Assembly (NCBI RefSeq): GCF_001194135.2
Contig: NC_068984.1
Coordinates: 87,602,424-87,665,001 of the forward strand
From: Octopus bimaculoides
Lineage: Eukaryota
Length of the DNA stretch: 62,578 nt
Direction: 5' to 3'
Under the pieces are notes generated by a model, which was given only the letters and a program-made list of their open reading frames with translations, was not told the DNA's origin and made no database searches. Shown here piece after piece: positions 50,228 through 62,578 of this stretch; position 1 is the first letter of the stretch; every line of letters begins with the position of its first letter. The translations under genes and the position numbers were made by a program.

Positions 50228-52547
50228 TAAAGAAACATTGATGATAGAACACACATCAAATTCAAGTCAGCGACTTTATATATAACACCATACCTCAAGC
50301 ATTTGATCATCTATAAATATTACCATGGTTCTAAAACATGTAAAAATATACATATGCAAAAAACACAAGAGGTAAAAATATATGTGAATAAAATACAAAT
50401 ATATAGGATGGCCTATCAAAAAAGTAAATACAAACAACTAACAATTCATAAAAATTCTAAAGCGTGTCATGCAACTAAAAAACTAAATAAAGATAAAATA
50501 AAATATCAATCAACTAAAAGAGGTTTCTTAAAAGATTTCTTTAATCTTAACATTATTTTTGATGTTAACTCCAGAGTGGTGAATTTCTTAGATGTTACCT
50601 TGAATTTGGATACAGGTTTATACTACCCATTTCGTAAGCCAAACAAATCCATTCTCATATATCAATGTCTCCTCCAATCATTTGAAATCTACCATTGATA
50701 GCATCATTGCTGTTATCTCAATCAGAATCTCGAACTTGTCTGCAAACAAAGAGATTTTTGATCAACATGTGCCGGTATACAACAACGTTCTAAAATTAAG
50801 CAGCTTCAAAACTAAAATCTCATATATACCTAACACGAGATTTAAAACAATTTGGTTGGTCTACCACCATGTCATGGATAGTTGTGAGAAATGCAATGCA
50901 TTATTTGATTGCAACCAATATAAGCCATCAATTAGACACGTATATAAAGATGTTAGAAATAGATACTGGAAGCGAAATAGAGGTAGTGAGGATAAAACCA
51001 AGATCTCATGTTCTAGAATACAGGAAGTCATATGGTTTGCCACCCCTTTTTCTCTTAGAGTAAGAAACTTACCCAAGCTGTTTTTTAGGATTCTGAAGGA
51101 GAATTTCCCAAAGAATCATAAATACTACAGCATCTGCAATAAGTCTTCCATCAAATTTTCTTACTCAGTAATGCCAAATTTGGCCTCCATTATTGCATCT
51201 GTTAATAGAAGCAAGTTAAATGGGCAAGTGCACAAGAAGTATTCTTTTGCTGGAAACCCTGGTATTGGGCAGGTAAGCTCTACTACGCCTAAGGTTAGTG
51301 CTACAAGCCATTTGCTCCCACTGATCTTATTGACCCCCAATAATGAGATATGAGAAGCAAAGCACACTGGAAGCCAGATAAGTAATGTTATTATTAGTAA
51401 TAGGGTTAGGAGTGGCTCTGGTAAGTCCTGTAATCATAGAAACCCTGGATTATTCTCCCCTTGATGGGTTCTCTCTCACTACTAATGCCATACATAAATG
51501 TGTTGTTAAAGATGAGGGTAATTTGGATAAGTTTTATAGAGGCAGTACTGTAAATTTTAAGGCTAGGTATAGGGTCCACATGAATTCGTTTTCAAACAAA
51601 AAATATTGTAACTCTACTACACTTGCCTCATATATACATGGCTTAAAGTGGAATAATAAAAGTTATTCTCTTGAACGGTCTGTTATATCGAGGGCCCCTT
51701 ATTTCAGAGTTAATATTAATAAGTGTATGTTATGTGTAAGGGAATCTCTTGCCATCCTTAAGTCTTTTGGGCCTAAAATTTTAAATAAACTTGCTGGGGT
51801 GATCCCTTTTTGCAACCATAAGTTCTCTTCTACTTTTCTGAAAGTGTATAGAAGTAAAAGCAGAAGTAGTAAATATTTAGTTTTACAGGGTTTGAAACTG
51901 GCGGGTTAAAATTTCTATTAAAAACAGCTACCTGCATGTTTAGCATTGAAATAATTCGTTTTTTTTTTTGTGTGTTAGAAAATTTAGACTGGTCTTGTTA
52001 TGGGTTTATCTTTAAATTAGCCATGTGGTGTTGTATGAACTTTTTGGTTTTGCTTTGTGCTTTTCCTGTTCATCCTGATGAGGGAGTCATTGCCGAGATG
52101 CACTTTCAATGTAATCGAACCATGGCAATGAAATCCCGAAATGGCCATTGGTGTGTTTGAATTGATTTTGTGGAACTCTTTTTGCTCCTGGTTTTAAGAA
52201 TTGAACATTTTAAATGTACTGTTGTGTGAGGGGAGTAAAAAACACTTCTTAAAAATTTTTTTAGTCGATTGATATTTTATTTTACCTTAGTTTATTTAGT
52301 AGCATGACACACTTTAGAACTTCTATGAATTTTTAGTCGTTTGCATTTACCTTATTGATAGGCCGTTCTATATATTTGTATTTTATTCACATATATATTT
52401 TTACCGTCTGTATTTTGGTATATGTATATTTTTATATGTTTAAGAACCATAGTAACATTTATACATACTCAAATGTTTGAGTTATGAGGTTATATATAAA
52501 GTTGTTGACTCAAATTTAATGTTTGTTTTACGATCAATGTTTCTTTG
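50228..52547 (+). mobile_element. Penelope-like element, 5'-truncated and decayed (RT C-terminus plus GIY-YIG endonuclease), with an inverted terminal copy
   Basis: NFLDVTLNL..G.YYPFRKPN, IWFATPFS, KENFPKNHKY, IKFSYSVMPN, KFYRGST.NFKARYRVH..SF, NSTTLASYI and C.LCVRE are in frameshifted ORFs at 50303-51909. 50228-50530 is an inverted copy of about 52245-52547. Confidence 0.88.
52071..52153 (+). ncRNA. Type I hammerhead ribozyme of the PLE class
   Basis: CUGAUGA at 52075-52081 and GAAA at 52138-52141. Helix II is GGGA/UCCC extended by UCAUUGCC/GGCAAUGA; helix III is the palindrome AUGGCCAU (52141-52148); the site is AUU at 52147-52149; helix I is CAUC/GGUG. Confidence 0.7.
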
Positions 52548-52859
52548 TCTCTGTCTCAATTACATTTGAGCACTTCTTTTTTGCAGTCCTGTAAACCCTT
52601 TTTTATCCATAAAAAGAAACAAAAATTATTTGTTGTGTGTGTGTGTGTGTGTGTTTCTATATATGTGTATATGTATGTATATATATGTATGTGTATGATA
52701 AGGCTATGGTCATCCCAGGTTAGTGGTTCCAGAAGCATCATCGTCTATTGTGTGTTTTGAAGTAAGTTATAGGGAAACCAATAAAAACAGGTATGGGCAA
52801 CAATGATCCAAAAATCATCACCCCCACCAAGAAAAGATAGTAATATCATTATTATTATT

Positions 52860-53072
52860 AAGGTGGCAAGCTGGCAGAATTGTTAGCATGCTGGGCAAAA
52901 TGCTAAGAGGTATTGCATATCTTCATGTTCTGAGTTCAAATTCCACTGAGACCATCTTTGCTTTCAGCCTTTCAGGGTCAATAAAATAAGTACCAGTTGA
53001 GTACTGGGGTCGATGGAATCAACTTATCCCCAATCTTGAAATTGCTGGCCTTGTGCCAAAATTTGAAATCAA
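52860..53072 (+). mobile_element. SINE family B, CpG-decayed
   Basis: GGTGGCAAGCTGGCAGAATTGTTAGCATGCTGGGCAAAATGC: CG positions of the consensus are replaced by TG/CA. Confidence 0.85.
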
Positions 53073-54149
53073 TACTGTTAACATTATTGTAAGGTGTAAA
53101 CTCAAAGTTGTTTTGTTATAAAACTCCAAAATATACTTGGCAGATAGGAAAATGGTATGGGTAAAAACATTGGGAAGAGGACAACAGACAGTTGTTTACA
53201 CATGACACTTTCACTCATGCGCACGTGCAAGTATTTATGTTTATACATGGAATAGTTAAGGTGAACATTGTTACATAAGAAACTTTATTCTATAATACCT
53301 ATAGAAGCACCAGACACAGGACTTTCATATATCTGTGTGTGCTACTGAAAGTAATACAGGCAATCTTTGAATCAAGGAAGCCATCTTTAACACCAAGCTA
53401 AGGCCAACTCTGAACAACAGAACGAGTTACATGAAGCAAACTGTATTATTAGAGCATCAGTCTACTCATGCTACTATCCTTTCCTACACATCTGAGCAAT
53501 GACTCATTCTTCCTTCCACTTCTCCACATATCCCGAAGAAGTGGTTATAACTCTGAAATATCAAAATACAATGTAAAACTTCAACTGTTGTTCAGTTTTC
53601 CCTTATGTAGTAGTTCACTTTGTATTTCACATTGCTTTGGCCTTGCCATTTTTTATCGGATATTTGTGTGTGTACTTACATGTATATCCTTTTATCACAG
53701 AAATTGTGTCCTACAAGTGGTCTTCATTTGTTTTCTATCTCATATATTACATACTATTCTTTGTAGTTGTATGGAAAACCACCGATAAAATGATTTATTT
53801 CATATTTTCAGGAAGCTTCTACGTTTCATAATGTAAGCAGACCTTCATTCTTACTTGTAAGAAGGAAGTGTCTAATTTAATTGCAGGCAGACAAAATGTT
53901 ACTTTAGTGTAAATAGTTAGTACATCTGTTATGAATACAAATAATATGTGGTTTGAGTCACACAATTATCCTCTGATATTTAACCCCCATTAGTTTTTTT
54001 TTTTTTTTTTACTTAAAGTATTCCATGCTATTATTTTGAGCAGACTTTCAGATACCCCTTTAAAAGACATACATACATACATACACATATGCACACAATA
54101 CACACACACATGTGTGTATATATATGAAGTTAAATATGCTCTTGGTGTC

Positions 54150-55100
54150 ATTAAGCAGATTTATTAACATTTACTGAGTCATTTTCACAATTTCATGGTT
54201 TTGTGAGATGATGGGGACATGGTAACATGTCTGGCAAGACATCTATGTCATAGCTCTGACTCTTCTACGATGCTAGTAATATTGCTCTTATTTTGAAGTA
54301 ACCATGTTTTTGGTTATGTTTTTATGGTCTAAGTGGATGATCTCTAGCTGAGCCTGTCTGTATGCATGTTTCTCTGAATGTGATGGTATATGTAGTGATA
54401 AGGGCAATCAGGGTTGTAGCTTGCTGTAATAAGCTATACCCTTTTTATGTCTTGGTGACACCTTGTTTTTAATATTTTTGTTTCGTTTTCAGTTGGTCTG
54501 TAATTATTTACTTAATGTAGCCTGTGCTGATGCAATTTCATTTTTCTCTTTTTGTAGTTCCTTATAGATATTTTGTGAGAGATTGGTAAAAATCCAGGTA
54601 GGACTGGAACAAACCATGATGAATAAAATGTATTGTCTGTACACTAATGTTTCTGTATCTTTGTATTGGCCAAGTATGTTGCCTGTGGATGTTCTGAGTT
54701 ATTGTTGTTTAACCACAGCTCGGCTCTGCTCATGCAGATCTATGGTCAAAGACGTCCAACCTGTGACCATCTTTACTATTGCTATATCATCCACATTATC
54801 CAATGTGTTTCTTTAAGTTAGTTGTGTGTGATATGGTGGGGAATTTGCCTTCTATATCTAGCAGGTCAAATGGCCTTGTATAAACTCTCTTGCTGGTTCC
54901 CAATTTCTAAGTATGCTGGTGCTGTTTTTGCTTTCTTTACTATATCTTCTATTTTAGAAATGTTCTTCTATAACCCTTATTATTTTTGCTTACTCTGTAT
55001 GTATGTGCGTGTGTGTTTGTGTGTGTGTTGTACTTATGTTACTTAGTATAATGTTTTGCTGTTTTGTGGTCTCTGGAGTTGCTGGTAAAAGGGAAACATA
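54150..55100 (-). mobile_element. Decayed I/Nimb-like LINE RT fragment
   Basis: The minus strand gives NVDDIAI (YADD-like) and GNILGQYKDTETLVYRQYI...SSPTW (resembles WG..KETL..TYK...Y.AP.W). Confidence 0.4.
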
Positions 55101-56399
55101 GAAGATTTGGTATTACAGTAGGTTTGTTACTATGAATTTAGCTGCCTTAATGTTTGTTGTAGAAGCAGTACAGCTGCATATGTAGGAGTGGCAGGAAGAT
55201 GTAAGCTTCAGATTTTGAAATCCCAAGCTCTCACCTTTCTATCACTCCTCCATACACATCTTGAGATTGTCAGCATATTCTATTCTCTTAAAAATATGGA
55301 AAAAGATAATGTATGTATATGAGGGCAAAAGTATTGCCTAAAAAGAGATGGTGAAACAATGGATCTTTGCAGTAGACCAATTAATAAAACTGCATATATT
55401 CTACATGTGTTGAAGGCTACCAAATGTGCTTTTGTTTTAAGATGGTTCATGATTTAAGAAAGATTTTACTGTTATTTCTAGCAGATCAAGTCATCATGTT
55501 AAAACTCCCTCATTGATTCAATGCTTTGTGCCGTTTTTAAAATTTGTTTCTTAAGTATTCTCTACATATGTGAATAGAAGTAGATAGGATTAAGGGCTTA
55601 GCTCTCTACAGCCATGATTGAGTGGTTACTATGCAACCATGTGACTCTTGGTTTTATCTTTCTACATGGAAGCTCAAGCTGGTGCCTTCTATTATAGCCT
55701 CAGACAGATTAAAGCTTTGGTAAACAAAACTATATGGACCCCTATCATGTGAGAGCATGTGTGCATGCATGCGCACATGTGTATGTGTGTATATATTTCT
55801 GTGCTTATCATTGTATCTGGGTTTATGACTACTGGTGTATATTGCATTTTTTTAGGTAACAAAAAAAATGGCATTTTGTGTAAAAAGCATGATTACTGTC
55901 AATCAATAAAAGTCAATGAATTGGAGGCAGCACTGTTGATTAAAATCCTTGAAACTGGTGCCTCAGCATGACAGTAGTCCAGTGATTGAAACTAGTACAA
56001 GAGCGTTTTAATGATTGTTATTATTGTACACATGCGTGTCTGTGTGGTGGTAATGATGGAGATGGAAGTTGGGTGAAACTATATTTTTGTGGAATGTTTG
56101 TGAGTAGTGTAGTGATTTGAATCCACATGATGAAGTAGAGAGAGAAATGTGAGAGTTTGTGATACTGAAGACAAATATTTCTAAAATGCTTGTGAATGTT
56201 CATAGATGGGTGATGAGTCTGATTATACTGCTTTGGTCTGATTATATTGCTTTGGTCTGATTATATTGCTTTTGTCAAGCTCTAGGGAATGACAAAATCC
56301 TAAATAGACAGGTAAATCAACTAGGACCTAAAGGAATTATTTACCTTCATTAAATTCTTCAATTGTTCATGCCATGAGCCAAACTCTACAAATTTCCCT

Positions 56400-57130
56400 C
56401 TTATCATATGCTATCAGTTAAAGAAAAGAAGAGCACAGTGAGTATTGTAGTTCTAAATGAGATAATGTTTGCAAAACAAAATGACTGGATTATCACATAT
56501 GGATTCAAGCCATTCTACTGAAGCTTTATGCAGTTCAGAAAGAATACATACTCGTTTCAACAATATCAAAATGCCCTATGAGCACCATCAGCATCAACAG
56601 TGTTTTACTCCATTCCTCAGTATCCACTTATAAACAAAACTTCCATCATCTAAATAAACAACATGAACTAACAAGGAAGTCTCAGCTTTTAACTGCTGGA
56701 TACACCATGTAAATTCCTTTAAATCATGTCTATCTTATTAAAAGCTGACTCATTGAATTGTGTGATCCTAGATAAAATAACCAGTTTGGAATGCTTTTTA
56801 TTATGGTTTTGCTCAATTAAAGCAAACCTGACTCAAAGAAACAACATAAGTCACAGATTAGTGAACTAAGACCCTAACTCCGTGTAGAATAACAAAATAA
56901 TTTCTCAATGTACTGCAAAAACTGATCTTGTTATGCACTTCTTTTAACATAGATAAAAAAACCTAATTCAGTGACCTTTTTAAAATGTAAATTCACCTTG
57001 CATGCAGATGATACCACAACCATTCTCAACCAGCCATTTTCCAACAGTGTCAACTAGAAAGATTAAAAATAACATCTACCAAATCTATCTCTTCCCTTCT
57101 TATCAACTATACCAATGAACACCAAACATT
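56400..57130 (+). mobile_element. Heavily decayed LINE RT fragment
   Basis: FTLHADDTT near 56995 and NHVYLIKS near 56722; otherwise full of stops. Confidence 0.35.
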
Positions 57131-57146
57131 CAGCACCATAAATATC

Positions 57147-57184
<38 letters not shown>

Positions 57185-58170
57185 AAAAAGAACACTATAA
57201 GTTACATTACTACAGGTTTCTCATCCTATTTTGTAAAACAGTCTAACATAAAGTCTAACAGAATATAAAAAAAAACAACATAAAAAAGCAAACAAAAAAA
57301 GCATTGATAAGCTCATTAGCTCCAAACACAATGCTGTGGTCCATTTAACTAATGGTAAGTGAAGAAGAAAAGCAACTGTTGTGCTTTAGTTACCATACCA
57401 TATTTTTACTATGGTCGCACTTAGAATTTTGACATACAATGAATGAACAAATAAATCTCTACACAGTTGCTAGACTTGCAAGATGCAACAGCTAAATATC
57501 CCTCTAATTACACCTTATTACCTTAAAAAGAGTGGGTCACATGGATAATATAATGCTTGAGAGAAGGGTAGGATGGTTATGGTTGTAATGCCTTTGTTTA
57601 TAGGTCTGTTCCGGGGGTTAAACAACTAGCATACAAAAAAATATTTTGGGTAGTAGAAAATATGTTTGGAATATTACATGACAAACTTCATACAATAAAC
57701 CACTATATCTCAAAGTGCAAGTGTATAGTCAAAGAAGCTTGAAATATCAGGAATAATCAGTCTGAAGATCATCACATCTAGTGATTCAACCAATTATTTA
57801 TGACTATTCAGTTAGAGCTGACTGAGGCAAAATGACAGCAATATTGAGCATTAGAATGAAATGTAATATAGTAATGTTGCATAATGAAAATACCTAAAAC
57901 ATAAGTAAATTAAAACCTGATATATCTCCATAATTTTTGTATATCTTCATTTCATCTTACTAATATTTTACAAGCAACTAACTTTTCTTTATGTATTTAG
58001 TGTTCAATCAGATTTCTTTTTTTCAAATTAACAAAAAGCTAAAAATACATTTACTGGATTCATTAACAAGGTTTTAAATCTGATTATCTATTAAAAATTT
58101 CTTTGCTTTCAAATTTATTCAATGACTGACCATAATGTTTCAACAACTTCTTTCTTCTCTGTATCAAAAG

Positions 58171-58479
58171 GTTTCAGTTCAACCTGGTTATAAAACCTCT
58201 GCAAATCTTGTGATTCGAGAAGAAGAATACATTGGCTCATTTACCAGTGAAACTAGCTTTCAAGGCTTAATACATGTCACATTGCGAAACAAGAAGGATC
58301 AATCTGAGATGAAAACCATGACAATTCCTGTTACTCAAGTCTTCACTGAGGAGAAAGGTTTCACATGTAATGGAAATAGTTCCATCTTTGTCAATAGAGG
58401 AGAGTGTCGATGTCGATTTGGTATTGAGCAAAAACTATCTTTGGCTGAAGAAAAATTAGAAGAAAACACAGAAGATTAA
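58171..58479 (+). CDS. Coding exon 3 (102 aa plus stop) of the aerolysin/ETX-MTX2-like protein
   Basis: A pyrimidine tract and AAAG|GTT acceptor, phase 0. Reads VSVQPGYKTSANLVIREEEYIGSF...GECRCRFGIEQKL...TED*. AATAAA occurs at 59016 and 59041. Confidence 0.85.
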   Translation, partial: VSVQPGYKTSANLVIREEEYIGSFTSETSFQGLIHVTLRNKKDQSEMKTMTIPVTQVFTEEKGFTCNGNSSIFVNRGECRCRFGIEQKLSLAEEKLEENTED

Positions 58480-60835
58480 ACATTGCTTTTATCCTAAAAT
58501 GTCATTTGCATATATCCCAACTTGGTGTCATATTCATTGGTTGCTATTTGAAAAGCAATCATTTAAAGTATTATATCATTTAATATGTAGCCTATACATA
58601 ACCACAGTATATTAATAGGAAAAAAGGAAGCCTATTTTCCATTTTTTTTTGTTTATTTTATTTTTACTGTAGAATGGAAGGATAACTGCACAAATGTATT
58701 TAGTTACATTGTGGCAGAGTTGGTTGACAACATTCAGCAAGCTTAAAATAGATTTATAATCCAGTTGAAGAGAAGATGATGCTTATTTAAATCTTTATTC
58801 CCCAAATTATGGAGCTTTTTTGAAATACAAATGAATCTATTTACATATATTTACTAACTATATTTCTTTTTAAATATTAAAAAAGCATTTATAATATTTA
58901 CACATTTTATGATTAAAAAAAAAATTTAACAAGCTGTTAAAGAATCCCTCACTGATTTGCTTTGGAATTATAGAAGAAAAAAAACAATTTCACAATGAGT
59001 GAATGCCAGCCAGATAATAAATATTTGCTATAATCATCTAAATAAAAGATCACTAATTTATTTAGTGTGTAAAATATTCATCAGCATTGTTCTCCTCCTT
59101 CTCTTACTTCAAAGCATACATATTCACCATAAAACAAAGCAAAATTTGTTGAGCATTGTACCAAGATAAAAGTTACAACCTTTTGTACATTCCATGTTCT
59201 GACCTACATAAGCAGTCATAATTTAACCTTAGGGTGGAAGAACTATTTATTTAGAAAGACTAAACTTTTCTAAAGACAGCATTTTTAGAGTTAGATGGGT
59301 CTAACAAAGAATAAGCTTAAAATAAGCAGAGATAGAAATATTCTCAGTTTGAGAATTGTCCAAGTTAATATGAATGGACCTGTAGAAGTTGAGATTTTAA
59401 AACTCTATTTGAAATCATTGAAGAATGATCAAGAAATTGGGAATGGATGGGTAAGTTTGGAGAGAAATATGAATGGGAATGGTTAATATAACAGGAAAAT
59501 TTTGTTTTTTATATATTGATTTTTATTATTATTTTGTTAAATTATAAACATGACTCAAGTTCAGTATTTTAGGATGATTTTGGAAGGAAACAGACAAATT
59601 AGAAACAAGTGATGTAGTTGAGAGATATTTGAAGGGGTCTTATATTTTTAAAGGAAAATTGTGCTAAACTAAAGGTTTGTGTGGAAGTGTTGAAGTAATA
59701 ATAGTTTTGAAGAGATGAGTTTGCAACTTTTAGTTGTAAATTTGAGAATGAAATCAACTAAAGAGTTGTTGCAAACATTTTTTCTCACTTTCTACGTGCA
59801 AGGTTTGAGTCTTTTAAAGTAAAGCAATCATATTTTGGTCAAAGGATGACCTTATGAGATATCCATAGTTGTAGATTTCATTAGATGAAATCTTCCTCCA
59901 CAGTAACACTTGCCAGACTATAGTTTTGTGCAGTGTCCTACATGGAATGAAGGATCCTAATATGGTATGCCTGCACCCTCTGGTAGGGCACAAAATGACT
60001 GGCTTCTGGCTTGTGTAACAAAGTGGGGATGTATTATTTATCAAAATCACCTTTTAGAATAAAAGTATGAAGTAATTCTTAAGAATAATTTTTTTCTCTA
60101 CAGTATGCAAAGAACTGAGTGTTTAAGCTAAAGGAAATTAACTAGTTATTAAAAGATTGACATTTTCATCTTCAAATATGATATTACTTTTGTAGATGCA
60201 AGAAGGTTAATTTCCTAGTGATGTGGTGAATAGAAAAGGTTGGGAATAATTGACTTTTAAGAAACCTTATTTCAACAGCTGCTGGTAGAAATCTGCAACA
60301 GATATTTTACAGAAACAAGGATTGTGAATGAGTTTAAATGGTAGTGCCTGAAACCTGCAAGGGTGTGAAGGGTCACCCCAGATAGTAGAACCAGACTAAA
60401 TTCCTTGTATCCTTTAGCTGCATAACTTTGTGAGCTTATGTATCAAATATTTAATATTAACCCTTAAATGGTAGACATCATCAATTGTTGCTTCATTAGA
60501 GGACAACAAACATCATCGATTGAAATACATTAGCACAATGTAGGAATCTCAAATGAATTTATGCTGAATGCAAAGCCAAGTGAATATTTTACGGCACTTT
60601 TTGATGATGAAATTGTAAATTTTATTGTGTGAGAGATGAACAATTATAGTTTTTGTACTTAAAGTGAAAATAAGTATAAAAATTACCCTTAAGAAAAATG
60701 TTTTTGTGTTTTTTGCCCATTTGGCACATATATTCATGCAGCCTTTTCCTGCTATTTAGGGATTAGATATTAGGATTGGTAATGTGTTTTATTCCACTGG
60801 AGTAAATATGATAGATATCAGTTATATTTTATTTA

Positions 60836-61190
60836 GGCACAAGCATGGCTGTGTGGTAAGAAGCTTGTTTCCCAGTCACATTGCATGGCACTTTGGGCAA
60901 GTGTCTTCTATAACTTCAGGCTGACCAAAGCCTTGTGAGTGGATTTGGCAGATGGAAACTGAAAGAAGCCTGTTATACGTATATCTATGTGTGTCTTTGT
61001 GTCTGTGTTTGTCCCTACCCACACAGCTACTTGATAATTTAATTGTTCAGCAAAAGAGACCAATTGAATAATTACCAAGCTTAAAAAAAAAAATAAGTCC
61101 TTGGTTTAAGACATTCAACTAAAAATTCAAGGCAGTGCTCCAGCATGGATGCAGTCTAACGACTGCAACAAGTAAAAGGTAGAAGATAAA
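60836..61190 (+). mobile_element. SINE family A, dimeric, CpG-decayed
   Basis: CATGGCTGTGTGGTAAG...CTTTGGGCAAGTGTCTT...GGCAGTGCTCCAGCATGG. Confidence 0.8.
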
Positions 61191-62104
61191 ATATATACAA
61201 ACTTATGAGGAAAATTATTTCTTTTCAATGAAAATTTAGAAACATACCAGGAAATACGAGGAAAGGAAATCAATGTAGGGTGGGGTTGTGAGTTTGAAGG
61301 TGACTAAATAAGAGAAAAATAAAAATAAATATAAATTATAGGTGAAAAAATATTAATACCATTCTCTCACTGGAATTGGTATCTCTATATACATTCATGT
61401 GTCTAAAATAGCATAATATAAATATTTAATTTTCAATACTGATGAAATAAATCTTTTTATGATCAGACATATATATCAATGATTAAGTCAGTTTTTCTCA
61501 AAAGATCTGGTATCTATTTCTGATGGTTATGTGTACTGCCAGAAGCACAATGAAATAAATATTGTTTGAACACGAGATTAATGGTAAAGATATAACATAT
61601 TCATACACAATTATTTCACAGTTACTTTCTTAATTAATATCTATAATACATGTCTGTACAAGGCTGGTGGATTTGCAGAATCATTTGGGATTTAAAGAAG
61701 GTGCCTTCTGGAATTTTGTTATATCTCTTTATGTACTGCTAGGAGAAACTATGCCTTAAAACAATATGGAGTTGATATTAACATCTACTTTCTCTATCTA
61801 AAATTCATGGCTTCTTGCTTTTGCTAAAAATTACTCTACATTTGAATATTCATGCTGACACATAAATAAACATACATTCACAAAGATATATATGCATATT
61901 CATAAAAGGATAAAACCCCCTTTAGTCATGAATGACCATGGGATTACACCTAGAAAGTTCCCCTCCAAGGTACAAGTCCGGACAAGGTCGTTTATGGAAG
62001 ACCATGTAATTTGTTTTAAAGGTTACGCAAGGGTAAAAAGGTTGAAAAAAACTGCTCTAACCACTGATCCAAGTGCCTTCATTATACATATACATACATC
62101 CATA

Positions 62105-62400
62105 TATATCATCATCATCATCATTTAATGTTTCCATGCTGGCATGGGTTAGACGGCTTGACAGAAGCTGGCAAGGCCAAGGGGGCTGCATCAGGTTCCA
62201 TAGTTTGTTTTTGGTTTCATTTCTACAGCTGGATGCCCTTCCTAACCCTAACCACTTTACAGGAGTGTACTTGGTGCTTTTTACATGGCATCAGCAACAG
62301 TGCTTTTTACATGGTACCAGCACCATATATATCCTTGTTTTAATGTCCACTTTTTGATGATTGAATGGGTTGCATAGAATTTATTGAATCAGATTTCCAA
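62105..62400 (-). mobile_element. RTE 3'-end remnant
   Basis: CATCATCAT-TTAATGTTTCCATGCTGGCATGGGTT...CTACAGCTGGATGCCCTTCCTAAC, as at 695-850. Confidence 0.8.
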
Positions 62401-62578
62401 TGCATGAAAGTTTTTTCTGCTACCAACACTCACTTGTTTCCTAGTGAAGTAATATTTCACCATGACCAGACATATTTACAGAGAAGTTTGGAAATAGGTG
62501 ACATGGCTTGTTTGATTGTGCTGTTCATTTACAGCTATCACACAATGTCAAGATACATGTGCACACGTACACATACAT

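Noticed and set aside
49162-50310. The longest ORFs in the track (350-382 aa), and similar X-filled ORFs at 14.3, 17.3, 19.8, 29.4 and 39.2 kb
   Set aside because: They run through N gaps and are artefacts.
53515-53570. CCCGAAGAAG...CTGAAAT hammerhead-like remnant
   Set aside because: The core is mismatched and no helix I or III could be formed.

Overview
AT-rich, microsatellite-dense eukaryotic scaffold with eight N gaps. The SINE/LINE families and composition point to an octopus or other coleoid genome (inference). Most ORF-track entries are translated microsatellites or gaps. One well-supported host gene is present: three phase-0 coding exons on + (44365-44601, 46271-46480, 58171-58479) join into a 251-aa protein with no signal peptide that resembles the aerolysin / ETX-MTX2 (LIN-24-like) beta-pore-forming family. 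It lies in a CpG-depleted domain that starts near 39.6 kb. The rest is mobile DNA: an internally deleted RTE LINE, several Penelope-like element (PLE) remnants, an RTE-BovB fragment split by a SINE that is itself split by an ORF1-only L1/Tx1-like element, hAT and mariner remnants, many tRNA-derived SINEs, and a Myb/SANT-like ORF with one TAG. The most unusual signal is at 4161-4220. All hammerhead-ribozyme core elements and helices are present there, but in a strand order that is not a circular permutation of the canonical ribozyme. A second, canonical PLE-type hammerhead (52071-52153) lies in sense orientation inside intron 2 of the pore-forming-like gene. All family assignments come from motif recognition by eye; no database search was run.
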